Below, in pieces: positions 28,332 through 38,504 of a stretch of 64,000 nucleotides of DNA (positions are counted from its first letter, which is position 1; each line of letters begins with the position of its first letter). This stretch comes from a virus (lineage: Duplodnaviria; Caudoviricetes). The DNA lies in IMG/VR virus record IMGVR_UViG_3300009158_002556, positions 1-64,000 of that record; one strand, 5' to 3'. The notes under the pieces are model-generated. The model was given only the letters and a program-made list of their open reading frames with translations, was not told where the DNA came from and did not search any database. The translations under genes and the position numbers were made by a program.

Positions 28332-29600
28332 TTATTTCTTCTTTAATTTCTTAAGAGTCATTGCTAATCTTGCACGTTGACCAACCTTACCACCCTTCTT
28401 TGCGGCAGCTGCTAATTTACCCATAGGAATCTTTTGACTCTGTGGTACTGATAATTGCTTGTGAAGTGCGCCTTTTTTAGCTGGTTTAATCGCATTTTGA
28501 ATCCACTTCTTCTTGGTTTCATCGATTTCTTTTGATTGTTCGAAAGAAATTTCACCAATATCACCTTGAACTGATGGACCTTCAACACCAGGTGGCAATT
28601 GATCGTCATCCATATCTTGAGCAACTGGTTGTTCATCACCACCCTCAGTGTCGTTTGATGTGGCCAATTGAGCCATCAATAAATCATGAAGTTTTTGTGC
28701 GGTTTCACGATCCAAAGTCAACTTGATATCTTGAGTCTTTGTTTCTCCACCATCAGTTGAATCACCTGGAACTTCGGTTTCCATATCGGTCATATCATTT
28801 TCTTGTTCAATTTCGTGAATTGATTCCTTGATTAAATTTTTGATAATGTTTCTTAATTGTTCTTTTTTCATAGGTTTTTTACTTTCTGCATATCCGACAA
28901 AATCATATCCACTACCATATGTGCCGGATCCTATCATCGTTCCGTCTACTGGTAATGGACTTTCCGTAACTTGATCTGTATAAGCTTCACTCATTCGCCA
29001 TCCGCCGCCTTTACTTTTGTACCATTTAGCAGCCCAACCATTAGCATAAGCGCTGGGATAAATATCAAATTTAGATCTGGCTGCGGATTTGGCTCTAGCC
29101 CATAAAGCAGGATTTGTTGGTTTTGGTTTTCTTTTACCTTTACCAGATTTTCTTCTTTTCTTTTCGTCTAACATAGCTTCCTCTAAGCTATTAAAAGTTT
29201 GGCCTTCTAATTCGATGTCAATTGTTTTGTTTAAAACCGGTTCACTTCGTCTACCATCAACTTGACCATCAGAAGTTCCGTCCATCGATCCGTACATATT
29301 TCCTTTTTTTAATCCACCCATACCAATTCTAGCAGGATCATTTAAACTAGTAGTTGGATCGCCAACACCAGAACCAGTACCTGCTTGAAATTCCTTAGCC
29401 AATCCTGCATTAACTAATTTTGTATAATACACAGGATCTTTGGTTAAATGATCCATAGAAATTTCTTTAGCAATTTCTGGATCATTGGTGTGTTCCATTT
29501 CCACTTGTACACCAATACTAAGTTGTGTTGGATCCACTTTATAGGTTGGTGTGTTATCACCAACACCACCTGGAATCTTTTTAATTAAATTGTCAATCAT
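28332..29600 (-). CDS. modular putative virion protein (several short conserved phage modules)
   Basis: GVQVEMEH...DHL..DP.YYTKL; KPTNPALWARAK...YPSAYANGWAAKWYKSKGGGW; KKWIQNAIK..KKGALH...RARLAMTL. Confidence 0.7.
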   Translation of the reverse strand: MIDNLIKKIPGGVGDNTPTYKVDPTQLSIGVQVEMEHTNDPEIAKEISMDHLTKDPVYYTKLVNAGLAKEFQAGTGSGVGDPTTSLNDPARIGMGGLKKGNMYGSMDGTSDGQVDGRRSEPVLNKTIDIELEGQTFNSLEEAMLDEKKRRKSGKGKRKPKPTNPALWARAKSAARSKFDIYPSAYANGWAAKWYKSKGGGWRMSEAYTDQVTESPLPVDGTMIGSGTYGSGYDFVGYAESKKPMKKEQLRNIIKNLIKESIHEIEQENDMTDMETEVPGDSTDGGETKTQDIKLTLDRETAQKLHDLLMAQLATSNDTEGGDEQPVAQDMDDDQLPPGVEGPSVQGDIGEISFEQSKEIDETKKKWIQNAIKPAKKGALHKQLSVPQSQKIPMGKLAAAAKKGGKVGQRARLAMTLKKLKKK

Positions 29601-29796
29601 TTTTCTTTAATCCTTGTTGAAATTTTTCAAATCCTTTACCACCACCATATCCATAATCAATTATCCATCTGCGACCTCTCATAGATGGACTACCAACACT
29701 TGGATCGTGGAGCTTACCATCACCTATATAATTCCAACCACCTTTTAATGGTTCTGGTTTACGATATGTTGGTTTATCATTAGCAAAGTTACCCAT
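29593..29796 (-). CDS. small hypothetical protein
   Basis: ORF track; coupled to both neighbours. Confidence 0.6.
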   Translation of the reverse strand: MGNFANDKPTYRKPEPLKGGWNYIGDGKLHDPSVGSPSMRGRRWIIDYGYGGGKGFEKFQQGLKKND

Positions 29797-29797
29797 A

Positions 29798-30304
29798 TTA
29801 ATACTCTCTTCTTCGTTGTGCGTATTTTCTAGCCTTCAAAATGGTCATAATCTCCATCAATGATTCATCTTTGTCATCGGGGTATACACCCATCATATGG
29901 AGCTTACTATAGTATTTAGCATCTTTCTTTAGATTGGTAACAACCTTTTGTTTGGCAACTTGTTTATCTTTTAGTACAAGCTTCTTCATTTCGTAATCAA
30001 TACCCATGATAATTTCGTCTGGGGTAACCTTATACTTGATTTGTTCTACGTCTTTTACGTAATCCCATGGATCTTTACCACCATATGGAGCAAATGGAGA
30101 AATATTTGCTTGTGTTTGTTTGGCTGTAAGGTTAGATTTATCAACCATAGTACCAAATTTATTTGGATCTTGAGCTACATCCGGACTACTGAATGTATCC
30201 AAAACGCCTGGTTCTACAGCGCCGGCAATGGCACCACCTTGACCATAAGGTAAACCTTGCATCATTCTGTCGCCTAGATCTCCTAATTCTCGTAGTTTAG
30301 ACAT
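29798..30304 (-). CDS. putative virion protein with a GxxxEM...DxxYYxKL module
   Basis: IMGIDYEMK...NLKKDAKYYSKL resembles the N-terminal module of 28332..29600; TATTTATA 5 nt upstream. Confidence 0.6.
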   Translation of the reverse strand: MSKLRELGDLGDRMMQGLPYGQGGAIAGAVEPGVLDTFSSPDVAQDPNKFGTMVDKSNLTAKQTQANISPFAPYGGKDPWDYVKDVEQIKYKVTPDEIIMGIDYEMKKLVLKDKQVAKQKVVTNLKKDAKYYSKLHMMGVYPDDKDESLMEIMTILKARKYAQRRREY

Positions 30305-30305
30305 A

Positions 30306-30317
30306 TACTTATAAATA
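30306..30317. promoter_or_regulatory. overlapping bidirectional TA(T/C)TTATA motifs in a 20-bp divergent gap (putative late promoter)
   Basis: Plus strand TACTTATA at 30306-30313; minus strand TATTTATA at 30310-30317; flanking starts at 30304 and 30325. Confidence 0.5.
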
Positions 30318-30324
30318 TATTAGA

Positions 30325-31056
30325 ATGACAATACTATACAAAATATGTTTATACGAGGATAGATTGGAAAAACATGGGACGTGTCCTATAGCAAATTCCA
30401 TTTCTGAATTAACTTTCACATGTCTAACTTCACTTTTAACACAAATGACTACGGAAGATGAAATAATTTTCTTTTGTGATGGTGATGATTGTGTGGATAA
30501 TTTAAAAATATTGTGTAAACGATACAACATAAAATATAAACTTTTGACATTTAACTATAAAAGTGCGTCTAAAATTCATTATGAATCGACAACATACTTA
30601 AATTTAAACGAAACTCAAGAGCATATTTATGTATGTGAAGATGATTATTTACATTTTGATGGATCATTAGTTAAAATTAAAGAATTTTTAAAAAAATATC
30701 CAAATTATTTTTGTCATCCAATAGATTACCCAAATCTTTATGAATCGGATAATCGATTTGTTTACGAATCACAAATAGTGTTAACTGATACACATCACTG
30801 GAGATCTATAAAATCTACTACATATACGTTTGCATTTACAAAAACACTATATAATCTACATTATAACACTTTTAAAATAATAAAAGATGATGTGTGGTTA
30901 GAACACGGAATTAATTTATTGTATGTATTCAACAAATGTTTTAGTCCAATGCCATCATTAACAAGTCACATAACAAATAAATGTCTTCCTTATATAGTAG
31001 ATACAAAAAAAGTTTATGATGAAAATTATAACAAATTTATTCAATCAAACTTTTAA
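30325..31056 (+). CDS. GT-A (GT2-like) glycosyltransferase
   Basis: IIFFCDG, YVCEDDYLH, STTYTFA, SPMPSLTSH. Confidence 0.65.
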   Translation: MTILYKICLYEDRLEKHGTCPIANSISELTFTCLTSLLTQMTTEDEIIFFCDGDDCVDNLKILCKRYNIKYKLLTFNYKSASKIHYESTTYLNLNETQEHIYVCEDDYLHFDGSLVKIKEFLKKYPNYFCHPIDYPNLYESDNRFVYESQIVLTDTHHWRSIKSTTYTFAFTKTLYNLHYNTFKIIKDDVWLEHGINLLYVFNKCFSPMPSLTSHITNKCLPYIVDTKKVYDENYNKFIQSNF

Positions 31057-31696
31057 ACCTCTTTAGTGGGATATTACCATCACGATAAGAAAGTTGAGTA
31101 AATATAATATCGTTTGGTGTGTATGATTTGAACGATTTATCTATATGTGTATAATAATTTATGATAAATTCTATAGAATCATTTATATCATCCATTCTGT
31201 TTATTAATTTCTGAAAAATATCTTTGTTTTTATAAGCAGTCGCGTGTGTAGACCAAGATATACTTATTTCAGAAACATATTCATTTATATAATTTGTTCT
31301 CCATCCGTGTGGTAAAAGTTTCGAACCACAATAACCTAAATTTATATAACCCCAATCATCAGGGATATTATCCATAAACAATTTTAATTTTTTATCAAAA
31401 TTTTCTTCAAAACAAATATCATCTTCAAAAATCAATACATTATTGTAATCGTGAAATAAACAATTTGCAAATATAGAATAATATGCTGATGTTAGACTTA
31501 TATAAGGTTGAGTATTAATTAATTTACCTCCCCAGAAATTTATAGTTTCATAATGAGCACAATATTTTTTATTTGTAGAGAATACAATTTCACAATCTAT
31601 ATTTTTCTCTTTAATAGTTTTTTTAATATAATCATATCGATCACTTTTCACGGATGTCGTGATTATGAAAACCTTATTAAAATGATTATGTATCAT
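31037..31696 (-). CDS. GT25-like glycosyltransferase
   Basis: FNKVFII...R; VLIFEDDICF; IPDDWGYINLG; STHATAY. Confidence 0.8.
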   Translation of the reverse strand: MIHNHFNKVFIITTSVKSDRYDYIKKTIKEKNIDCEIVFSTNKKYCAHYETINFWGGKLINTQPYISLTSAYYSIFANCLFHDYNNVLIFEDDICFEENFDKKLKLFMDNIPDDWGYINLGYCGSKLLPHGWRTNYINEYVSEISISWSTHATAYKNKDIFQKLINRMDDINDSIEFIINYYTHIDKSFKSYTPNDIIFTQLSYRDGNIPLKRFKSLIE

Positions 31697-31697
31697 A

Positions 31698-32393
31698 TTA
31701 ACTTATAAAACTTTTGAAACATTCATTTGTTTTATTAAAATTTTTGTCATTGTAATGTTCACTCAATGCACCAACGATTGATTTAGTAGGAGCAAAACAT
31801 TTATCGCTTACTCTATAATACTTCATTATTAATATAGGATCCGGGCCCCAAAATAACATATCAGGTGATTCCATATAATCACAAAAATCTTTTACATTAC
31901 GTTTAGATACAGCATATGCGTGTGCTCCATATAAATCTTTTATTTTATTAGAAAACTCATTATATGGTTCAACTTGTGTCTGACTATATGTGTAATTTCT
32001 ACCTAAATTTAAAACGTCCCAATCGGTTGGAATGTTATTCATAAACGATTCCAGATTATTTTGATAATTTTCTTCAAAAATAACATCATCTTCAAATATC
32101 AACATGTTATCATAATCTGAATATTCTAATTGACGTAACGCCTGCAAATGAGAAATAGTTGCACTAATTCTATATAAAGATGTATTCATGGGATCTTTAA
32201 TATTATGTGCATTTATATAATTATAATAATGATCTAACAGCGATTCGTGTAAAAACTTTGCATTTACTGCGTGTAAAAAATCAAATTTAATATTTTCTTG
32301 AGTAAAATACTTTTTGATATATTCAATTCTATTTTTGTGTTCAGATGCGGTAATTACACATATTTTATCAAAGTATTTGTTCAAAACATTCAT
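31698..32393 (-). CDS. GT25-like glycosyltransferase (tandem paralog)
   Basis: FDKICVI...NR; SHLQAL; MLIFEDDVIF; IPTDWDVLNLG; GAHAYAV. Confidence 0.82.
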   Translation of the reverse strand: MNVLNKYFDKICVITASEHKNRIEYIKKYFTQENIKFDFLHAVNAKFLHESLLDHYYNYINAHNIKDPMNTSLYRISATISHLQALRQLEYSDYDNMLIFEDDVIFEENYQNNLESFMNNIPTDWDVLNLGRNYTYSQTQVEPYNEFSNKIKDLYGAHAYAVSKRNVKDFCDYMESPDMLFWGPDPILIMKYYRVSDKCFAPTKSIVGALSEHYNDKNFNKTNECFKSFIS

Positions 32394-32407
32394 ATCTATA
32401 CATAGTT

Positions 32408-33310
32408 GTGAAATTTAAAATACTAACATACAATAATGGAGTGGGCATAGTAACTGATGCGATTCTATTAAAAGATTTAATTTATAACAACATATCAGAA
32501 CAAGTAGATGTTAAATTTGTTGGAGAACATAGTATAGAAACTGCGGATGTCGGCATATGGATTCAAAATTATAATACAAATCTGTTGAATAATTTTAAGA
32601 AAAACATATTTTTTATAAATGAGGAGTGGGCTGGAATAAATGAATTATCAAATTTACATTTATTTGACTATGTGATATGTAAATCTAAATACGCTAAAGA
32701 TTTGCTATCTCCATATCATAATGTCATACATCTTCCTTTTATATCTAAAGATTACTATGACCCAAATATTGCACGATATAATTCGTACTTACATTTTGCT
32801 GGTAGATCAATACAAAAAAACACAGAATTAGTATTATCTACATCAAAAAACCTAACTCTTATAGATCCATATAATAGATACAAAGTATGTGAAAATGTAA
32901 ATCACATTAATGTGTATCAATCTACCAATCAACTTGTTAATTTACTTAATTCACACAATACACATATATGCTGTAGTTTGTACGAAAGTTGGGGTCATTA
33001 TTTATATGAAGGACTATCTACAGGTGCTGAAATAATTTGTAGTGACATACCAGTATTCAGAGAACAATTAGATCCAGATCTCGTACATTTTATTCCTACT
33101 ACAGAAAGTATTGATTTAAATTACCAATACGATGTAGATAATATTAATAAAATTTTTCCTACTAGAAAAAGTTTTTATGTGGATGTAGACGTGTATAATA
33201 CAATAAATTATTTGAATAAGAAGGGATCATCTCAAAAAAGAAGATTTTTATTCAAACATATTGTGGATACTAACTCTAAACGATTAGTTAATTTTTTAAA
33301 AAACATATGA
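32408..33310 (+). CDS. GT-B (GT4-like) glycosyltransferase
   Basis: NGVGIVTD, LHFAGRSIQKNT, SLYESWGHYLYEGLSTG, SDIPVFRE. Confidence 0.72.
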   Translation: MKFKILTYNNGVGIVTDAILLKDLIYNNISEQVDVKFVGEHSIETADVGIWIQNYNTNLLNNFKKNIFFINEEWAGINELSNLHLFDYVICKSKYAKDLLSPYHNVIHLPFISKDYYDPNIARYNSYLHFAGRSIQKNTELVLSTSKNLTLIDPYNRYKVCENVNHINVYQSTNQLVNLLNSHNTHICCSLYESWGHYLYEGLSTGAEIICSDIPVFREQLDPDLVHFIPTTESIDLNYQYDVDNINKIFPTRKSFYVDVDVYNTINYLNKKGSSQKRRFLFKHIVDTNSKRLVNFLKNI

Positions 33311-33349
33311 TATGTTTAAACGATTGGAATTATTTTAGTTACAAATAGA

Positions 33350-34360
33350 CTACATATTTAATTTATTTTTAATAAAAGTAGAAGATATATTTTTGGTTCT
33401 TTCTATTAAATGTAATTTATCGATGTGTACTTGATAATACTTGTTAATATAATCTTCATTTTCTCTACCCGCCACAACATAATCCGCACTAATCTTATTA
33501 AGAAGATTGTCTGTCACAACTAAGTCGGCATTTTCATATACATCATCTACGTATTTACACGATTTTACTATTTCAAGTCGATCTTTATATGGTATAGTAG
33601 GTTTATTTTTATAAGTCATTACATCTTCATCATTATGAATGCCAACTATTAACTTACCAAAATTATCTTTGATTCGTTTGAACAAATTTAAATGTCCTAT
33701 ATGAAACATATCAAATACTCCATACGTATATGCGGTGTATTCGTCTTTTGGTACAACAACATTTTTATCAGGACTATAATTCGGTTTTTCTTCCATAAAA
33801 TCTACACCATATCTAAATTGCAGATATTGATCTAAATGTCTAGGGCATTTAAAATCTAACGTATTAAGTTCAACTGATTCTAATTCATCATAAAAGTGTT
33901 TTGGAGTATAAATGTTTGACCATGTAATACTCTTTACAAATTTAGAATCGATATACCAAAAGTATATATCCACATGTGTCATTGTAAATTGAGGGTTGTT
34001 TTTTGGATATATACAAATATATTCGTTAGTCGAATGATGTATAATATAATAGTCTTGTGATAATCGTTCACATAACATCTCACTATTAAATTTTTCTTTT
34101 TCAAATAATATACTTATATCTAAATCACAATCATGATTTATTATTTTTTTATTACGATATGCACCTAATAAAGTACCATAATCTAACCAATATTTTATGT
34201 TTAATTCTTGAAGAATATTTGTTACACTTTTGAGTTCAATTACATCATATTTTCTATCACAATTGGATGAGATCATATTTTTCTCTTTAATTGTAGTTGC
34301 TAAACAAAAATCAGAATCAATTATATTAGATTGTTCTTGATGTGATTTAAATTTACTCAT
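33350..34360 (-). CDS. LicD-family phosphotransferase fused to TagD-like cytidylyltransferase
   Basis: YWLDYGTLLGAYR...DCDLDI and YLQFRYG.DF (LicD); TYGVFDMFHIGHLN (HxGH) and RTKNISST. Confidence 0.85.
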   Translation of the reverse strand: MSKFKSHQEQSNIIDSDFCLATTIKEKNMISSNCDRKYDVIELKSVTNILQELNIKYWLDYGTLLGAYRNKKIINHDCDLDISILFEKEKFNSEMLCERLSQDYYIIHHSTNEYICIYPKNNPQFTMTHVDIYFWYIDSKFVKSITWSNIYTPKHFYDELESVELNTLDFKCPRHLDQYLQFRYGVDFMEEKPNYSPDKNVVVPKDEYTAYTYGVFDMFHIGHLNLFKRIKDNFGKLIVGIHNDEDVMTYKNKPTIPYKDRLEIVKSCKYVDDVYENADLVVTDNLLNKISADYVVAGRENEDYINKYYQVHIDKLHLIERTKNISSTFIKNKLNM

Positions 34361-35073
34361 ACATTAATTAAATTGTAAGCTTTTATATTTTTGTTATTCG
34401 ACATTCTTATTGAAGAAAACCCATGCATATTCCAGATATCATTCGTATAATTAAATCCAACCTTACCTATCTGATTGGTTCTAGATATAAGAGGAGAGAT
34501 AACTTCACATTCTTTATAATATGTATCTATAACTGCATCAAATGTTATATCCATTCTCCAAAGTTTTAAAAATATATCTTCCCAAAAATTTCGTGTAACA
34601 CCCAATCCCCATCCTGATAAATAACGACATCCATTTAATTTTAATATAACATCGTCGGTCGGAATATTATATATACCATGATCTTTTTCAAATATAAAGT
34701 GTTTATTTAGTGTACACAATAAACTATCATTCAATAAATTATTTTGCAAACAATACATTGATAACTCATATAAATCTGGAGAACATATAATATCGTCTTC
34801 TAATAAAAATGCATAATCAAGTTTAAGTACTTCAAAACAATAATTGAATGCTACATAATGATTTAATGCTGGTTTAAATCTATAATAATTTCTAAATATA
34901 GTTTTGTTCCAATGATCAGGAATCATATCAACCATATTTTCAGAATTTGGTTCAACAAAAAACAAAAAGTTAATTTTATCTAAGTGATTTAGTTTATTAA
35001 CATGTTGTATATATTGTTTAAAGTATTCTACTCGTTCTTTAGAAGAATAACATAAAGGAGTAATAATATTCAT
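34357..35073 (-). CDS. GT-A glycosyltransferase
   Basis: AFLLEDDIICSPD, SGWGLG, ISRTNQIG. Confidence 0.65.
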   Translation of the reverse strand: MNIITPLCYSSKERVEYFKQYIQHVNKLNHLDKINFLFFVEPNSENMVDMIPDHWNKTIFRNYYRFKPALNHYVAFNYCFEVLKLDYAFLLEDDIICSPDLYELSMYCLQNNLLNDSLLCTLNKHFIFEKDHGIYNIPTDDVILKLNGCRYLSGWGLGVTRNFWEDIFLKLWRMDITFDAVIDTYYKECEVISPLISRTNQIGKVGFNYTNDIWNMHGFSSIRMSNNKNIKAYNLINV

Positions 35074-35960
35074 GACATGATTACTGGTACATTTTTAATC
35101 GATTCTATAAAATTTGTAACAGGTAACTTTATATTAACACAACTGCAATCGTTCAGTCCACTATATATGTTAATATGTTGATTCTCTACTGATACCGACA
35201 TTGGAAATATAACTTCATATTTTACAGCATCTTGTAAATCAGTCTTTCTCCATTCCCATAACTTATGCAATAAAGTTTGATCAGTATATTCTTTATTTGA
35301 TTCAAATATCGGTTCATAATAATAACCTATCGGTTCATAATCGTGATTTAATAAAAGTAATCCTATAAAATACTTATATTGTAATTCTCCTGTAGTAATA
35401 TAGCTGTGAAATAACAAATACTTTTTTCCAAATATTTCAAATACATTTGTACTTAATCCAGGATTACCATATTTTTCTATCCAAGGTTTCCAATTTAATT
35501 GTTTTTTAAATATAATATTTTCATTACTATCCATTAATGTATATGGGTTCAGATGATAAATAATACTATCATTTATAAATTGCCAGTGTTTCTCAAAGTG
35601 TGCGTTTTGAGTTTTATAGTCAATAAATGTTTTTGAATTAATATTATATTTTTTATAATGTACATTTATTACTTTAGTAAGATCAGTCTTATCCAATTTA
35701 CAAACACATACACCAAATTCATAGTGGTTAATTAATCTAGCATCCTCATAAGACCAAATATAGTTATCATCTATATAGTGACTTAGTATTATACGATTCG
35801 TTGATATATCTATTATATCACTAACTAATAACTTATTTTCTATCTTCGATTGTCTACGACATATTGTTTTACCTCTATAATGACTTGGATTGAAGTAATT
35901 ATAGTTGTCATCAAATTGTTTTAAAATTTGAACTTCTAAATTTTTTAGGTCAAATATCAT
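35070..35960 (-). CDS. beta-propeller protein, GH130/glycosidase-like
   Basis: YEDARL, FEKHWQF, LLFHSY, VIFPMS, YSGLND motif order. Confidence 0.55.
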   Translation of the reverse strand: MIFDLKNLEVQILKQFDDNYNYFNPSHYRGKTICRRQSKIENKLLVSDIIDISTNRIILSHYIDDNYIWSYEDARLINHYEFGVCVCKLDKTDLTKVINVHYKKYNINSKTFIDYKTQNAHFEKHWQFINDSIIYHLNPYTLMDSNENIIFKKQLNWKPWIEKYGNPGLSTNVFEIFGKKYLLFHSYITTGELQYKYFIGLLLLNHDYEPIGYYYEPIFESNKEYTDQTLLHKLWEWRKTDLQDAVKYEVIFPMSVSVENQHINIYSGLNDCSCVNIKLPVTNFIESIKNVPVIMS

Positions 35961-37090
35961 AAAGAAATACCAGTAATTGTCTTAAAGTTATCTATTAAAT
36001 AACTAGAAACTGATTCTGATAAACTGCCATCTGGATAAATTCTACAATTTTCTTCCCAAAACTTTGTGCCTGCATCTGCAATCTTCTTAGCTTCGTCCAA
36101 GTTATTGTAGTAATAATTAAGTTTTTCTTTCAAGTCACTACAATCCAACTTATATTGTACAAAGTGTACATTGGGTGTACCTTCAAACAAATAATCAACC
36201 ACATTATTTTCATTAATAAATACTAGGTTATTAAAAGCGAATGATTCGTATTGACGACGAAGTGGTTGACAATTACCTTTAGGTGATAATATAAACTTAT
36301 GGTTATTTATTTCATTTAAAAATGAAACCCGATCTATATGTGGTTTTTTTAAGTCGTTATCTAAAAAACAATCATAAAAATACTTTAAAAATGGAGCTGG
36401 ATCTGTTCCAGTAACTCTGACATTATACGGAACTCCACTACGTGTTAAATGTAATATTGAATTAAATCTACAATCAATCGCAGGTATGCATCCTGTTATA
36501 GCACCTGAAAAATAAAAGAAAGAATCTTTTTCATCAAATGGTTTTATTTTTTCTTTTAAGATATTAACAAACTCTTCATAATTTTCATTGCTAGCTTCTA
36601 TATATGTCGGTAACAACATACATTTTTCTCGTATTACTGGATGATATATTGATTTGTCTTTTTCAATCAAATTATTCATCCAACAATTTACTCTATCATG
36701 TAAATCATCATCTATTCTATGATTGAAAAAATCTGAACCATCGTCATATGATACGACAGAAAATATGTTTTTGAATTTTCTAATATAAGAATTATACTCG
36801 CTTTTTAGAGAATAATTTTTATAATTCAATACATCTGCAAACCAAATATCATAATCATTTATATTTGAAATAATTTTATCATGTGGCACTGAACTAAGTT
36901 TTGGTTCATTATCATTTAGAGTCTTAAAAACTTTAACATTTTTTAAATAATGTTCTCCTTCTATTTGTTCATGTGCTATTTTCTCATCATATAAAACATG
37001 AATTGTATGCCCTCTAGATATCAACCAATTAATTAATGTAACGGATCTTAGAGGTATTCTGGATGATTCAAAACTAAATAATATTTTCAT
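35957..37090 (-). CDS. GT-B glycosyltransferase-like protein (exostosin/CgeB-like C-terminus)
   Basis: FYFSG, HKFILSPKGN...RRQYE, DCSDLKEKL...AKKIADAG. Confidence 0.6.
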   Translation of the reverse strand: MKILFSFESSRIPLRSVTLINWLISRGHTIHVLYDEKIAHEQIEGEHYLKNVKVFKTLNDNEPKLSSVPHDKIISNINDYDIWFADVLNYKNYSLKSEYNSYIRKFKNIFSVVSYDDGSDFFNHRIDDDLHDRVNCWMNNLIEKDKSIYHPVIREKCMLLPTYIEASNENYEEFVNILKEKIKPFDEKDSFFYFSGAITGCIPAIDCRFNSILHLTRSGVPYNVRVTGTDPAPFLKYFYDCFLDNDLKKPHIDRVSFLNEINNHKFILSPKGNCQPLRRQYESFAFNNLVFINENNVVDYLFEGTPNVHFVQYKLDCSDLKEKLNYYYNNLDEAKKIADAGTKFWEENCRIYPDGSLSESVSSYLIDNFKTITGISL

Positions 37091-37092
37091 AG

Positions 37093-38061
37093 TTAATATT
37101 TACAACAAATAGAATTACACACATTGTATACAGGATTTAATTTAAAATCAAAATTATACTTATCTATGAAATTTTTAACAAATTGATACATTCTGAATAT
37201 ATTTTTTAAATCTGTCTGGTCGTGCAAATTTAAATCCAAATTATCAATTGTACTAAAAACTTCTTTGAATTCTTTTAAAAAGGTTTCGTCATTGTTAATA
37301 ACACGTTCGATAAATTCAGCACTCGTATATACATTATGTTTAATTTTAACATCCAATACTTTTTTGTATATATCTAACTCCATTACATCTTTTATTTGAT
37401 CACATGTTATTAAATTATGTACTAATGGATTCATGAACAAATGCCATACAGGACTCTGTGCCCAGTCATGAAATGATTTGAAATGATTAATTGCATATCC
37501 ATAATAAGTATATTTTTCATCCATCAATTTATATAACTCATGCGCTCCCCAGTTAGATTGAATATATTTGTCTTTTACATTTTTTATGAATCTCTTAGGA
37601 GAAAAATAGTGTTTTTTTGTTGTTAAAAATTCATACAAATCTCTAGATGCTAATGTTTCATAAAATATATCATATGCGTGTTCAGGAGTACCATTCATAT
37701 GTAAATACCAAGGTAGTAGAACAACATTTTTATTATTAAACTCACACTCAGTGACTATACGTTTCATGTTGTCTAGAAACATTTGTGTTGGAGTTTCGTC
37801 TCCATCCAACCATAAAACCCAATCATTTTCGGGTACATCGGCAATAAGATGTCTTCTAGCACACTCAATATCAAAAAAATCAGGATGGTGTATTACATTA
37901 ACATCATCCGGTAATATCGCACGCATTTCATGATAAAATAATTCTGGTCCAGCATTTAAAACTCCAATTGTATCGAAGTGTCCTTTACATACTGAAATGG
38001 TATTATTAATTAAATTGTATCGTCTATCAGGTCCAAGTAAAATTCTTAAATGTATTTTCAT
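37093..38061 (-). CDS. GT2-like glycosyltransferase
   Basis: CARRHL...DWVLWLDGDE; GAHE. Confidence 0.65.
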   Translation of the reverse strand: MKIHLRILLGPDRRYNLINNTISVCKGHFDTIGVLNAGPELFYHEMRAILPDDVNVIHHPDFFDIECARRHLIADVPENDWVLWLDGDETPTQMFLDNMKRIVTECEFNNKNVVLLPWYLHMNGTPEHAYDIFYETLASRDLYEFLTTKKHYFSPKRFIKNVKDKYIQSNWGAHELYKLMDEKYTYYGYAINHFKSFHDWAQSPVWHLFMNPLVHNLITCDQIKDVMELDIYKKVLDVKIKHNVYTSAEFIERVINNDETFLKEFKEVFSTIDNLDLNLHDQTDLKNIFRMYQFVKNFIDKYNFDFKLNPVYNVCNSICCKY

Positions 38062-38504
38062 TTTCTGTTCAAGTAATGTTTGTATAAATCGTGTATATAA
38101 AAGTTTCCACTTACACTTTCAATCTTAGAATAATATAAAGATTTTAATTTTATGTCAAGGTCTAGAGTAATATCTTCGAATCCAATTAGAATAAATCTTT
38201 TTTGCCAGCCTGGTTTATTTGTAGCATGGTCAATATAGTCTATAATAGAATTTGTATATTCTATCGTTACCCATGAATAATGAAAAATAGTTGGAAATTT
38301 ATTATCAAACGTCGTTGACAAATCTGATGGTGAATTATCATATTGTATAATTTCCCAATTTCTAAATTTTAATAAATCTGTTATTTCATTGGATGATTTC
38401 CCTAATTCTAGGAAACACGCATACTCTAATTTTTTATAAATTTTATTAATTAAAAATTCTTGAATATTCATATTATTTTTTAAAAATTGTAGCATATCGT
38501 CCAT
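38058..38504 (-). CDS. hypothetical protein (possibly a degenerate methyltransferase fold)
   Basis: CFLELG near the N-terminus; coupled to neighbours. Confidence 0.45.
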   Translation of the reverse strand: MDDMLQFLKNNMNIQEFLINKIYKKLEYACFLELGKSSNEITDLLKFRNWEIIQYDNSPSDLSTTFDNKFPTIFHYSWVTIEYTNSIIDYIDHATNKPGWQKRFILIGFEDITLDLDIKLKSLYYSKIESVSGNFYIHDLYKHYLNRK

